The notes under the pieces are model-generated. The model searched no databases. It was not told the origin of the DNA and saw only the letters and a program-made list of their open reading frames with translations. DNA of 63,051 nucleotides, filler included, from Asterionella formosa (lineage: Eukaryota), in the NCBI GenBank assembly GCA_002256025.1. It is 12 parts of 12 records of this genome, joined end to end, with 100 filler letters (N's around TTAATTAATTAA, not from the genome) between each part and the next. Parts side by side here need not be neighbours in the genome. Positions count along the whole stretch, not along the records: positions 23,865 to 47,608 come from NKIB01002393.1; positions 47,709 to 49,154 come from NKIB01002402.1; positions 49,255 to 50,700 come from NKIB01002403.1; 9 more parts are not named here. One strand, given 5' to 3'. Shown in pieces: positions 36,260 through 49,895 of the stretch (position 1 is the first letter of the stretch; every line of letters starts with the position of its first letter). Both the position numbers and the translations under genes were made by a program.

Positions 36260-36916
36260 ATGCTGCACGGCTTTGGAAACGTGAAGTTTGTCACAACAGA
36301 GGATAATATTTTCTACAAGGACACATTGTGGTTCTTGACAAAATTCACAAACATGGTCAGTCGTCACATACCAGCACGTTTGCAATTCAATCCTCCTCGT
36401 CAAAACTCTTTCAAAGCTAATTCAACAGTGATGCTACCATCACTGCAGCAGCTGGTGACTAAAAACACTATCACAACAAGCAACGAGTTGGAGACGAAGA
36501 AGGTGAAGGGTACTTCTTTCGATTTTCCAAGAAGAACAAGAGCCGCCATTGAAAGGTGCCGTGTCCTACGACGAAATCCTAAGAAAGCACTAGAACCTCA
36601 AGTTAAAATCACGGTAGACTGGGACAAGTTTCCGGCTCCCTCTAATGGCAGCGCCCATTCATGCTTTTCAAGTGAGGAATCGGAAGAACTATTTCTTACT
36701 GGTCTCCTGGAAATCGCACCCAACCATGGCGAAACTCTTGCGCAACTGTTTTCTTACGAAAACGAAAGCATTTCGGTACCTAAGCGACGCCCCTCGATTT
36801 TTCCTAGAAAGCGTATGATGTCTCAAGGCCAACAAGACGTATTCCCTGCTGGGTACGAGGTGGAAGAACTGAACAATAGAAAGCATTCTGAAGAAGCTGA
36901 AGAACGACAAGAATAG
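36260..36916 (+). CDS. Hypothetical protein (start may be the ATG at 36353)
   Basis: Uninterrupted 218-codon ORF in non-repeat sequence; no recognised domain. Confidence 0.45.
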   Translation: MLHGFGNVKFVTTEDNIFYKDTLWFLTKFTNMVSRHIPARLQFNPPRQNSFKANSTVMLPSLQQLVTKNTITTSNELETKKVKGTSFDFPRRTRAAIERCRVLRRNPKKALEPQVKITVDWDKFPAPSNGSAHSCFSSEESEELFLTGLLEIAPNHGETLAQLFSYENESISVPKRRPSIFPRKRMMSQGQQDVFPAGYEVEELNNRKHSEEAEERQE

Positions 36917-38500
36917 TTGGCGCATTGCCTGGCTGGGGCTGATGTTAGTCAATACTGCCGTAGACACTTGCTTGCCACCATCGAGGATCTTGTCTCAGAG
37001 AATGCTTCCACTTCCTTGTATCAATATCAATTTTCTAATCAATAACCAATTTTCGAATAATACACATATTATAGTGCTGTACTTAGGCAGATTCTTACGG
37101 ATTGCAGATATCTACTATGTAACACCCCGTAATTGTTGTTTCAAAGTCTCCGCCGTCGTCTGATTGCCGCTGCACACTACAGTAGTAAGATGGTGGATGC
37201 AGTCTAGGGGTGAGAGAGAAGATTGATGATCCCACTGTAGCTATAGGGCTTTGAAGGTATGTTGTACGGTTAGTAAGTGATCCAGCATAGTACGATAGTT
37301 TACCTGTATATAGTTCACGTACATAACTTCAGAAATTACTCCGCGTTCTCTGCTCTCAAATCAGAATGCTTCTGAAGTATCGTATTCGGATCGCATTTCT
37401 GCAAAAGTGTGTTGTAATATCTTTTGCTAAATGATACTGATGCAACGACCAGAAAAGCTATGTACAAGACATTTTCCTCCTGAATTCGGTAAAGTTCCTG
37501 TAAATAGGTAGACTTTTTGTGATTTGTCTAACGTATGTACTGGAGGTGGCATTTAGTATCGGCAGGGTGATGAACTAAAAATACATTGTGTGAAAGAACA
37601 GTTCATGTTACAAAAGTGTCTAGCTACCGGTACTGAATTGGAAAAATTATACTACCGTACCACATTTAACTTGGGTTTAATTTTTCCGGTATATTATTAT
37701 TCCATACCGAACGCAGGATATCATCGGAGGAATAAACAAGTGTCTGAGACAATTCTTTTGACCAATGACGATTTGCCGATAAAGTCGCTAAAAGCGACTC
37801 GGATGATTTTCAGAATACGACTACATATACCGGCAGATAGGTGACAATGACTACCCGTAGAACTTGATGAGTGCGAATATACTAGATGTTGGGCTCAGTG
37901 AATACGAATACCGGTAGATTTTCTGGATGACCCTTTTACATAAGAAATAAATAGGAATACTCAGAGTATATTCATGAACATTACAACCAATACACCTGAT
38001 AGCCTTGCCGGCACTATGAACATCCGTTTTGTCATATTTATGAAACATGGTCACAGTCATTATCACGCCAGCCAATATTGGCAATGTACCAGGTGACATA
38101 AACTTCAGTGTCCTGGACGTACATTTTCTTTGAGGTGGCACCAAAGTCCTGGTAATAGTATAGCTTGGTTCATGATCGAAGAACATATACCGGTAGTAGC
38201 TCTCGTAGGCCTGGTACAAACCATTATTTCTAAAACTATAGCTAAATATTTTTTCGTGATGAATCTCTTGTTGTTACAACCATCACCATGTTGATTGCGC
38301 TTGGTTGGTTCCCTTTGAGTTTTGCGATATAGTATTAGAACCGTGATTATAGTGCTGATCGGAAACCAAACCGCAAAACAGATGACATCAAACTTTCAGT
38401 TGTTTGGATGATATTTTTCTTTGGTGTTGGTGGAGTCATCACTATGTGGGCACTGGATTCCAGCCGACCTCCTCATTCACTACATGAACCAACAATACAA

Positions 38501-41500
38501 CATCTGTGAATAAAATTTCCTTTAGATCTAATGCTTTACTCAGCATATGATGAAAAGGTTTTGATTTAGCTAAATTTTTATTCTACCGAAAATAAATTTG
38601 ATACATCAATAATTGATTCTGTTTGATCAATCAAATTTTAATCTCAGGTTAAGGTTTCACACATATGATGTTTTGCATATGTAAAAACTAATCGAACGTA
38701 TATACCAAAAGTTATTGATTTTGAAAATTTGCTGTTTCATTGGAAATTATTTTGATATATCAACATCATTTTCTGTTCGATCAATAGAATCTATATCTGC
38801 TTATGACAACATTACACATATCACCTCACGCGTATGTAAAAACTTGTACTCTGTAGAGTACCGAATGGACCAGATGACTACATACTGATTTTTGCGCATC
38901 AGATCCTTGTTGCCATTCCGACTTGATCACTTGCGTTAATGCACTTAATGTACAGGTACTCCTCTCTTCTCTTTCCATCCTCATATTGGCAATCGAAATT
39001 TTACCTTTTGACTAAGCCATGTGCGCTCATCGAGTCCCTCACGAGCTGCCTTCCTGCGGAGAAGATGAAGATCTTAGTCTCGTAATGAATGATATGGTTT
39101 CGATACTGAAGGGGAATTATACCGGAGAAGTTGGATTGTCTGTTTGTTACACGAAAGCCAAAGCTTTGGTCAATTTATACAACAGAATCGGAGTAAAATC
39201 CATTGAAGGTCATGCCCGCCTACCATCCGAAATCAAGAAGATAATTCCTTTTGATCATAGTTCGACCACTGCAGACGTAGGTTCATATTTCGAATCAGTT
39301 CTTCAAGACGAGGCGTGGATCAGAGTGAAGATGGACCAGATGGCGGCACAGTTTGTTGCTCGTGGTCTTAATCATGAGTCGTCAATTCTCATTGACTATT
39401 GGAGAGAACCTTTATATGCTGCCGACTTGGAGCGCACAGACATCAGGAATAAAGAAACAGCTGCATCTCTTCTACAGAATCAATCAAGAAATAGCAACTT
39501 AACATGAATCATGAATAGAAGTGGGTTCGAAATGACAATCACACCACCATGATTATTAGTTATGTACTATCCCATTGTTTTAAGAATTATTGTTACTGGC
39601 AAGATTTGCAATAGGACCTAAAGTTTATGTCATGACTTCATTGCCACACCGGTATGCATTTACACTATGATTTTATATACTAGTGTATTCCGTCCCACAC
39701 ATATTTACTGGTATGCATTATATTTATAAAATATTAGAATGTCGAGTACCTGGTACCTGGTAGCACCATTAATTGTTCAATATCGAGCAATGGCGTACAG
39801 CAACGACAGTTATCAAGATGACTCCAATGGTGTTGATGAAGTGCTCTGTCATTGGGGAGTTATAAAGATCCCCGGACATTTACCCATGTTGTTACTACCG
39901 GTATTGATACATAGGAAAAGAGGAATAAGCTTCTTGGCACTATTTCGGCCACATTTGAAAAGCATCGTCAAAATTGGGAAGCATTTTTTCCCGACCAGCT
40001 GATGTAATTTCTTGTCATTCCTGTCTTTTCAAGCAGAGAGCATCGACGTCGTTCTCTGTGTCTAAATCTACACACTTTGTTGACAACGAGATAGTTGGAA
40101 ATGAAGATTGTCAGGTTTGTGTGGTAGATCTTGTTTCTATCTCCACAGAGTCTATTGATTCCGATTTGCTTGATATTAACAAGCAGTCATTTCATTCCAA
40201 GCAAAGCGAAAGCGAAAGGTACACTAAAGGAAATTCCAGACATCATTGTTACGAATCTGGAGATAATTCACGATAGCTGCTTTCCAAAGAATTCCAAAAT
40301 TGTTGGTGTGGCTGATAAGAAAGTAATTGAACAGATCGAGGCGTCAACCTTTTTTCTCGTAAGGATGTGGATCAATTGAAATGTTTCGACAAAGGAATTC
40401 ATAAATTTTTACATGAAAGAGCGACAAGAAACAAAGAAACACATCAGTTAATTTTAGCGGAAAAGTCTGTGCAGGGAAAGGTTAATGTTGCTGTTTCCGC
40501 ATATCACCTCTATGGTGTTTCACCATCGTTTTGTTGGGTGGAATCCATGTCCTGTCCAGCATTCTGCGTGAATTGCCAAGTATTTGATTCAGCCTTCCGT
40601 TTCCCACTTCTTCCGTTGGGTTTGGAGTCACTTAAACTCTACTACAATACATATTCCCGCACTCAATCAGAAGTACGGCAGTTTTGCAAGAATGAATATT
40701 TCCTGAAATTGACAGAAAAACAGTTTAGGGAAGATCATGAAGAACTAGACAAATGTGCTTATTGGGATATTGAAATTGTGACCGCAATAGTGAAGTACAT
40801 TGTTCATGAACTGCACCCCTCAAATATTCTTGTCATTGTTGAATCTCAAGACTTAAAGGACTGGAATACTGAGCATCCTTTTCCATCTGACTGTTACTAC
40901 CTCCAACCCTCCCTTGAATTCCTCATTGTGGTTTATTTACATACAAGTGATCATCAACATTATGTTCTATACTGTTTTGATCTAAATGAAGCATAGTTGA
41001 AGTACGTGATCCTGAACATGGAGTGTGTTTGGAAAGTCACTTGAAATGTATTCACAAGATTGCCCAGGGTTTGATATCGATAAAGGAATTATACCATAAA
41101 AATGTGGTCACGTTGAAAACAGAGTTCGACAAATGGAAATTAGGTAGGAAGAAGGCTAAATCACTACATCTCGAAAGAGTTTTGAAAACATTGGGTGAAA
41201 AACCAAGGATCAGAGGATATACTGACGGCGAATCTCAGTTTAAGATTGCCAGTGGATGTCGAGGTAAAGCGCCCCTGAAATATTTTATGGTCAAAGATAC
41301 TGATTCAATGATTTTCCAACCAACCGAGGATGGTAAATGGTCATGTGATCCCTTTACAATTGTGAAGTTTATTGAATTATTACTTTAGTTACACCATAGT
41401 AGTAGAGAAACTGTGTTTATGGGGAAGCAAAGTGAGGCTCGGTTAACGATTGATGGTTGGGATAAATTTTTGGGAATGAAATTTAATGCAAATAATGGAA

Positions 41501-41830
41501 TTGGATGGTCATTTCCTGGCAATACCACAGATTTCGGAATTGAAGATGCGGCTATGGAATTTTTTTTTAAATCGTGTGTTTGTGTTTGTGTTGATAAAGT
41601 TGCAGCAATGGAGTCGTTCCATCCTAATTTTGAGTTATCTCTGACATTAAGTGATACTGAACTGACATATCTTAGTGAAATGATTAAACATCCTGTAAAA
41701 TCATTCCATTGGCATATGATAATGACGAAACCACGAACTTTGACAAAGAATTCGAACGTGCTTTGGTTATTTCTGAGACCATGCAGAGAGTGTGAGTCGT
41801 CATTCTGTCCCTCTAGATGGCGTTCAACAT
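38501..41830 (+). mobile_element. CGTCTG-family element left portion: terminus, subterminal repeats, ORF 39019-39507 and Ulp1-like gene
   Basis: Starts CATCTGTGAATAAAATTTCCTTTAGATCTAA; the same terminus is fused to the same Ulp1 gene in the copy at 21216-22110. Confidence 0.7.
39790..41830 (+). pseudogene. Ulp1/C48-like peptidase pseudogene, copy B
   Basis: HQHYVLYCFD, DPEHG, IFQPTEDGKWSCDPFTIVKFIE; shares the ELHP.N....V motif with copy A; frameshifts. Confidence 0.7.
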
Positions 41831-42309
41831 GATAGAGTTTACAACGATTTTAAGAAATTATGGAAATCTTATGATGTCGGAATGTAATCAGATCCAGTTT
41901 TGCCGTTGATTTAATGATTAGAAAATGTTACAGAATCTATCTGGTGTTCCTGAGAATAAATGCGACAGCAACTAATTGGTAGAAAAGAACGATTCAAACA
42001 AACTTTGTGATGAAGTTTGGATGGTTCCCGATTTTTCCTAACCTTGTAATCGCATAGTGGACACCAGTTATAGATCCGCCATGTAACAGATGATGACATT
42101 TGTCAATCTAGCAAGACGTCAATGTTATCCTTATTTGAGAGTGAAGTTATTACGTACTATTAGCAACTGGTGCATGACAATATAATTACCAAAGGTACAT
42201 TGTTTGTGCACCATTCGTTGTCATCTGGAGAAAAAATCTTTGTCCAATGTATGTCTACCAGTAGTTTCGAATTATCTCCCCTTCTTTCAATAGGAACACG
42301 TAATTTGTA

Positions 42310-42960
42310 CTGTGAAACTATACCTATGACCACGCTGGTACTGTGAAACTGTAGCTTTGCCCTACCAGCATTCCCGTTTTCTCCTTGCTTCCATTTTTCC
42401 CCTGTTTCCATACCAGGTCGGAACATGACGTAGGTACTAAGAAACTATACCTATTACAACGCTGGTAATGTGAAACTGTAGCTTTGCCCTAGTACCAGCA
42501 TTCCTGTCTTCCCCTTGTTTTAATACCCGGTTTGAACATGACGTAGGTACTAAGAAACTATATCTATTACAAAGCTATTACTGTGAAACTGTAGCTTTGC
42601 CCTACCAGCCAGCATTCCCGTCTTCCCCTTGTTTCAATACCCGGTAGGAACATGACGTAGGTACTAAGAAACTATACCTATTACAACGCTGGTACTGTGA
42701 AAGTGTAGCTTTGCCCTACCAGCATTCCCATCTTCCTCTTCTTTCAATACCCGGTTGGAACATGATGAAGATACTAAGAAACTATACCTATTACTACGCT
42801 GGTACTAGTATGAAACTGTAGCTTTGCCCTACCAGCATTCCCATCTTCCCCTTGTTTCAATACCCGGTCAGAACATGACGTGGCCACTGTGAAAATATGC
42901 CTATTACTACGCTGGTACTGGTACTATGAAACTGTTGTTTTGCACTACCAATGTAATGTC
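42310..42960. repeat. ~110-113-bp tandem repeat, about 5.5 units
   Basis: GAAACTATACCTATTAC.ACGCTGGTACTGTGAAACTGTAGCTTTGCCCTACCAGCATTCCC...GAACATGACG; one related unit at ~48990-49140. Confidence 0.9.
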
Positions 42961-43241
42961 TATTACTGAGTTTGTCAGTATGACATTGCTTACCGATCCA
43001 GCACTCACCCACTGTCTAATCCTATAGTTCACAGACCATTATCCCATTCTGCTGCCTTGTTCTGTTACAGTCACTTTTCTCTTGACATTTGCACGCTATT
43101 GATAGTGTAACATATCACTTGTTATCTGGAATGGCAAATGTTCCAAGTGCTACAAGGAATAGAACAATCTTGGTTGTGAAGGGGATACTGATTGCAGATT
43201 GTTCAATCAGAAAAAACGTGTTTCTATAGCGTATTTCATGT

Positions 43242-44330
43242 TTGTTCAAGAGACAACGGAAGAGTAAGGAACGACTCTTACTGGTTAGATACTTTGATCA
43301 TGATAACAAAGGCAAGGAGACGAGACTAGATGACAGTGTCCTGGATTTTGTTCTCAACAAACTCTATGTGGTCCTACTAGAGTCTGGCTTGTTTAACAAA
43401 ACTTCATTTGGAACTTCAAGGAAATTTCGGAATCATATAGGTCTAGCGATGATTCTATGGAAAACTCACTTCCCTCGAGATTTTAAATTACATAAAAAAA
43501 ATAATATACCACCAAACGCAGCAGAAATAGACGATTTCCTATGTTTCATCACTGATTCATTACGGTTATCAAAACAGTTCTGAGAACACCAGATAACTTC
43601 CTTTATGTTATCGACGGATTTGAACAAGAATGCGTGTTTTTCCTCAATTTATCTTTCCTTGCAGATGAGTTTTTTGGAATGGAAGAAAAAGACGAACCAT
43701 TTTTACATGCGGCGAAATCTTTTTGTACTTCCGAGAAAATCTATAACCCTCCTATTCGTTTCTTGAAACAAATATTCAAAACGACTGCAACATATAAAGC
43801 ACTGCTTGCAAATACCATGGAAGGAAAAGCCCTGCAAGTGTTTCCTTTCAAGAATTATACTGACAGCTTAAAATATTCAAAGCTGGATCTGCCAAATGTA
43901 AAATCATTTTGGCATATGATAAGGTGGTTGTTACTACCAGGTTCTGATGATGTATCCGGCAATAGCGACAGAGCTACTGTACCACACACTGCCACTATGT
44001 TGTTCACCAATTCTGGAAAGAATAGCTACCCAAAACCGTACACCAACAGAATGCGAAAGGGAAACACCTATGCCTTGGGGAATGATAATGTTGTTGTCTT
44101 CAGGAGGGAAATGTTTAAATGTATGGGATTATTGTGCAGATGAGAAACATGGTCTCCAATTACTATTGCCAAGCTCCATAGCATCCTCTTCTTCATAAGG
44201 CACTGCTTGGCACAAGATTCAGAATAGAGGAAGAAATGGGTGAGACAGGAACAATATACATTGAGCCAAGTAGCTAGAGAGAGAAACGTTGGGTTGCTGG
44301 CATGCAGATTAATAGATAGCATTGCTAAAT
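43242..44330 (+). pseudogene. Degenerate coding region of unknown function upstream of the element end at 44748
   Basis: Consecutive 113- and 169-aa ORFs separated by a stop or frameshift. Confidence 0.4.
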
Positions 44331-44639
44331 TTGATAGTTAAATTACGATCCATTTCAATCTATTTTGAACAATGCTTGTGATTAGAATTATGATCATGTT
44401 AACGATAGATTTACGATGAAACAATTTAAATGATAGCATAGAGTTGAGCTGATTTTAGGATGCGTTGTAGTAATAATTTACATTGGGCAATCACAAGAAT
44501 TGAAAATAATATGAGAAGGTTTATGATGATGATGAGTAATGTTGTTGATCAGTTGATATACATTGTGTGATGATAATGTTCTTATTATCATTATACTTCA
44601 AGGTTGGTAAAATATTAATAAATCATCATAGTTATAGGA

Positions 44640-44748
44640 TACCTTGATCATAATTTTGATCCAAAATTATCATATATACGAAAATCCTGTGCCACTTAGC
44701 GTATGATACCCTTGATCCTATATGCATGATACTTTTTATTTGCAGACG
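44640..44748 (-). mobile_element. CGTCTG-family element end homologous to the left end of 7697-10525
   Basis: Reverse complement CGTCTGCAAATAAAAAGTATCATGCATATAGGATCAAGGGTATCATACGCTAAGTGGCACAGGATTTT matches 7697-7764. Confidence 0.85.
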
Positions 44749-45964
44749 TTGTCATCTGGGGCAAGCTGTAACTCTATAATATTTGTCTTCGAAATATCGG
44801 TGACTGTATCATCCTCATTTCTTCCTTGAATGAGTGGATAGAAAGGCAGCATCTTCTTGTTACCATGACTCGACAGTAATGAAGCAACATCTTCGTCCAA
44901 ATCTGGATCGTGATGATGAGGTCGTCGTTCCTTTTCTGCGGATGATGTATTATTACCATAGTGCTCATAAGCATGACTTGCATAGTCAGACAGTTTTGTT
45001 AACTGTGTAACCAACCGCATTTCGTCTTTGACATGACTGGGAAGCCTTTTTTCAGAGAATTGTTATCAAAATTGATGTTTCATAACTTCTTTTGAGATAT
45101 GCTCTCACCAACACGTTAACCAGTTCGTTTTGTTCCCTTTTTTGACATGGTGATAACGAAGTAGTAGGAGAAGAAGACCGGCGGTAATTGTAGAAGTTTC
45201 AAAATCAAAGCTTGAAACTTTATCTACCAGTACCGGTTTATTACTTCCATTTCTGGCGCACCAAAAATAAAAGTTACCCAGTAGTAGGTGTGTTAGGTCA
45301 TGAAAAATTATTATTGGATCATTCATTAATTAACGTTTCTTACTACAAAGATGAAATCCGAGTATATACCAATATAGATACGTCATGTGTCGATCATGAT
45401 CAAACTTATATGCATTGTGTCGATATCGGTCATTCATTCTAATATACCGGGTATCTTGAATACCAGTGATGTACTACTGTACTCTCCGAGTCATCTACTG
45501 GTAAGTACCAATATACATCATAGTTATGTGTTATGTACCTAGTACCAGTGGCACCTGGAACCAATGACAATTATCTACTATTCCTTACCATAGATATGTT
45601 TATGAACATGTATACGGTTGAGGATATTCCAAGGATTGAAAAGTTTATCTTATCATCCATACTTGTAGGATATTGAATGCTCCTTTGAAATAGTTTATAG
45701 ACATTCATAGATGAAAATAATACACAAATTTTGAAGAATTGGAAATTTTGATGAACGATTGCGAAATTGATGTACCTCTTATTTCGTCACACAACCTGAT
45801 GATGAAGTAAAGATCGACAGCCTCCTATCGTCGAACTAACCTGAAAGCTCAGGCGAGAATGAGGATTGATTCCCTGCTGTTGCATCACCTGTCACCTATC
45901 AATCAACCATGAAAGGAGATGTAAGATATATGCTCTTTACATGTTTCTCTATCATTAATAAGGT

Positions 45965-46830
45965 GAATGTCAATATAATAAGAACGAAAATATATTGATC
46001 AAATTGTTCATCAGGATGTGTAAAATTTCGGTGCTTGCTGTGGACTGCTGCATGACCAGTGCTGTAGCAATGGAAATTCCAAACCATCTTGCTCCACCAT
46101 TTTAAGGCTGATTTCTATCTAACATAGTATTTGATGTACACAAGAGCAATCTCGTCATGGCAAATGTTGATATTCTGAGAACGAACATATATTGATCAAA
46201 AGAGGCATCAAGACGTGTAAATTTTCGGATGCTTGTGGACTGATCATCAGTTCTGTGGCAGCAAAAATTCCAAACCATCTTTCTCCACCAATTTAAGGCC
46301 GATTCATATCCAGCATAGTATTCGATATTGACAAGATCAGTGCCATCTTTTCGAATATTGATATTCTCAGAAATAATATATATTGATCAAATTGGGCATC
46401 AGGATGGTGTGTAAATTTTCGGTACTTGTTGACTGATCATCAGTGCTGTGGCAACAAAAATTCCAAGCCACCTTTCTCCACCAATTTAAAGCCAATTTCT
46501 ATCCAGCATAGTATTCAATGTACAAGAGATCAATGTCTTCATGGCGAATATCGATATTCTGAGAACAAACATATATTGATCAAATTGGTCATCAGGATGG
46601 TGTGTAAATTTTTGGTGCTTGCTGTGGACTGCTGTATGACCAGCAGTACAGTGGCAACAAAAATTCCAAACCATCTTTCTCCACCAATTTAAGGCCAATT
46701 TCTATCCAGCAAAGAATTTTATATAAACAATATCAGTGCCATCATTTCGAATAATGATATTCTCAGAGCGGACATATACAGAGCGGACATATGTTGATCA
46801 AATTGGTCATCAGGATGGTGTGTAAATTTT
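45965..46830. repeat. ~191-197-bp tandem repeat, about 4.5 units
   Basis: TAT(A/G)TTGATCAAA anchor at 45991, 46188, 46379, 46572 and 46790. Confidence 0.9.
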
Positions 46831-47415
46831 GATATTCCTTATCTCCTTGTTGGCACATACCGGAACTGGCCTGGCACTGAAGGAAAAGAAGGGGAAATCG
46901 AATTTAATGGCAAGTGTTAGAACATGTTTGTCAGCAGAAGTGATTACAGGAGCCTGAATAAGGAAATTTTCTGTTGGCTTAGTACCATGCTCTTGATTCT
47001 GGCTTATTTGAACCAGAACTGCAACAGCAGGGCTCCAAGCATAGCCCTGTCGAAATCAACGACCTTATGAAGATGATGAAGACACATTGATGTGCCTTGG
47101 ACTTCGATTACGAGTTTATAATGAATGTAGATGAATAAAGCGATCACTGATGTTGTTATATGCTTGTCAACATTACGCTAAGTCATGCACGAATATATTC
47201 ATCCATAAAATATTCCCTATGCTAATTATCTATCATACAAGGGCTACGGAGGCTACTATATGTACTCTGAGCATGATTCTAGCCATAAAATTTAATTACC
47301 AGTACCGGTAGCCTGTACGAACGAGCCAACAAAAGATTCTGAATCAATCTACCAGTAGAAAACGAACTTTGAGTCGCTCGAACAGAATATTTGCAACACG
47401 ACACTACAAAGTACT

Positions 47416-47608
47416 ATGAGCGCCTCCAAGGCGTTGTACGAAGCTCGTTTGGGACTGTTTGTCTTCTCGGCGTTCTACACTGTAGCGTTTGCAGGTGCCT
47501 TCTTTGGATGGGGGCCTATGCAGCTCATGCTGGAAGCAGATGGGGCCTTTTCAGATAAGTGTGTCGACAGTGTCAATACAGACAAAGTTTGCCCAGCACA
47601 AACCAAAA
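47416..47608 (+). CDS. N-terminus of an SLC43/FMP42-like MFS transporter (truncated by contig end)
   Basis: TM1 followed by AGAFFGWGPMQLMLEADGAFSDKC, matching the G..FGW..l...L..eG.f...C motif. Confidence 0.7.
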
Positions 47609-47708
47609 NNNNNNNNNNNNNNNNNNNNNNNNNNNNNNNNNNNNNNNNNNNNTTAATTAATTAANNNNNNNNNNNNNNNNNNNNNNNNNNNNNNNNNNNN
47701 NNNNNNNN

Positions 47709-48667
47709 GATATAATTCAACATTTCAGGTCTCGTAAAAATAATACCGAGTCTACAGAGATAATATTATAACGTGTTCAAAGTAAGCGTTAAACCATGCA
47801 TGGTTGTTTTTAGTACCACGTACGTATGTAGACTACTAGATGACTGCCGGTACCGGTAGAATATCCGTTAAGCATCATTGCATACATGACCGGAGCAAAA
47901 ACTTGCCACCAACATCAGATGTATCGATATCATCGTGCGTCCGACGAAATATGGACGATGCGACTACATGAATACCTCGAGAAGACAAGCAATCCAACAA
48001 TCAACCGCATCCGTTAGGCAAAGAATCGCTACTGGCGTCATCGCGGAACTGATTTCGCTTCAAACCGGTCATGATGGACGACGATTGGCATGGTGAAAGG
48101 TGAATTGCCGGAGTCCACTTTTCAGGAGACGAACAAAAACGAGGTGAATTCTAGATATAAATCATTAAAATCTGTATAGTATATAAAATAGTTTCCTTAA
48201 GTAGACCCGTTGCCGATTTCGGCAATCCCAGGGCTGGAAAACCGAGGGGCAATTGGTGTCTGTTGTCTTGCCAAAATGCGAACATATGAAATTTATAAAA
48301 TATATTTTAATGATGGGCAATATCGGACCTTTGGCAATTTTCGAGGTGAAGATAGGAAATATACAAAATATATTTTATATGATGGGCAATAGTAGGCTAA
48401 AATTGACATTTATGCTAAATTTGTAGGCAGTAGGTAAGCGAATGACGCGACGATAGCTAGAGCGGGAATTGCCTCAAAAATACCCTTCTCGGCGGCTACT
48501 TGCCTTCTCGTATACATGTGTACTCGACAGGGATGGCACTCGTAGGGTGACCTTCTCGCAGCGCCGGGGGCGCCACTCGTACGGTCAACCTACTCGCGCC
48601 ACCCAGCCTCGAACACATGTATACTCGCAGGCAAGAGACCACCTCGGGCGTGTATTGCCTTCAGCAG
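47709..48667 (+). repeat. Dispersed modular repeat, copy 3, with the fullest CTCG array
   Basis: Homologous to 5188-5930 and 14406-15268. Confidence 0.85.
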
Positions 48668-49254
48668 AATTTCAAGCTTTTCAAGAAATGCGGATGGTTC
48701 AAAACATTTTCAAGGTGGACCGGGGCTTCGAAATGCTCTGGGGCATCCATGACCATGTGTGTGATTTCTAGCCATGGTTGGTTAATCACCCCAAGATTTT
48801 CCCACAAAAAGTGTCTCTCGGTAAGATCAAGGAGAAGCATGTTGTGGCCTGGTGTAAAATGTTCGGTTCTTTTCATAACAGTGCCTTTTTCTATCAAATA
48901 TGAGGGGATCCTGTGTAGCTGATGATACGATGACATAAGACCAACAGTGTTATTTTCATTATCATAGGAAACTTAAGTTTTGTCATTACCATCTTTCCCT
49001 TGTTCAAATACCCAGTAGGAACATGACGTGTCTATTGTGAAACTTTACCTACTATGTACTATGTTGGTACTTTGAAACTATTGCTTGGCGCTACCAATCT
49101 CATGTCTATTAGCTACTGAGTATGTTGGTATGACATCGCTGTCTAACCATAAAGNNNNNNNNNNNNNNNNNNNNNNNNNNNNNNNNNNNNNNNNNNNNTT
49201 AATTAATTAANNNNNNNNNNNNNNNNNNNNNNNNNNNNNNNNNNNNNNNNNNNN

Positions 49255-49690
49255 AGAAACCACTCAACTCATTGGAAGATAGTACCGAATAAGATGGTAT
49301 TCCGTTGATTCACAATGGATCAATGCTACTCATCATTTACATGTCACAGCCCGGATTTTTTCACCTACACCCTACATGGTGGTGATTGTTACCACTACTG
49401 ACTTGTCAATAACTTCATCAATATTGGAGCAATCCATACCTAAGAACCACTCAACTCATTGGAAGATAGTACCGAATAAGATGGTATTCCGTTGATTCAC
49501 AATTGATCAATGCTACTCATCATTTACATGTCACAGCCCGGATTTTTTCACATACACCCTACACGGTGGTGATTCTTAGTACTACTGATTTGTCAATATC
49601 TTCATCAATATTGGAGCAATCCATACCTATGAACCACTCAACTCATTGGAAGATAGTACCGAATAAGATGGTATTCCGTTGATTCACAAT
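49255..49690. repeat. 187-bp tandem repeat, about 2.3 units
   Basis: ACCACTCAACTC at 49259, 49446 and 49633. Confidence 0.9.
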
Positions 49691-49895
49691 AAAATAACCC
49701 TAATCCTAACCATAAGGAGCACTTACAAAGATTAGTCATAGATTCAGAGATGGGTGGTAGCTGCGCAATTATATTAGATGAGCAATTGAAGTAAAAAAAA
49801 GGTTTGCAATTGAAGTACTCTATAGAAATAGCCATAAAAAAAGGTTTTGGTTTAGAAAAATCTTCAAAACTGTTTTCCGATATCCTTGTCACTCA

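Noticed and set aside
38501..44748. One intact 6.2-kb element between the two facing ends
   Set aside because: Ends are different subtypes and the flanks (AA left, TT right) are not a direct duplication; left unresolved.
45965..46830. hAT dimerisation domain suggested by LKWW
   Set aside because: The rest of the motif is absent and the frame is inconsistent between units.
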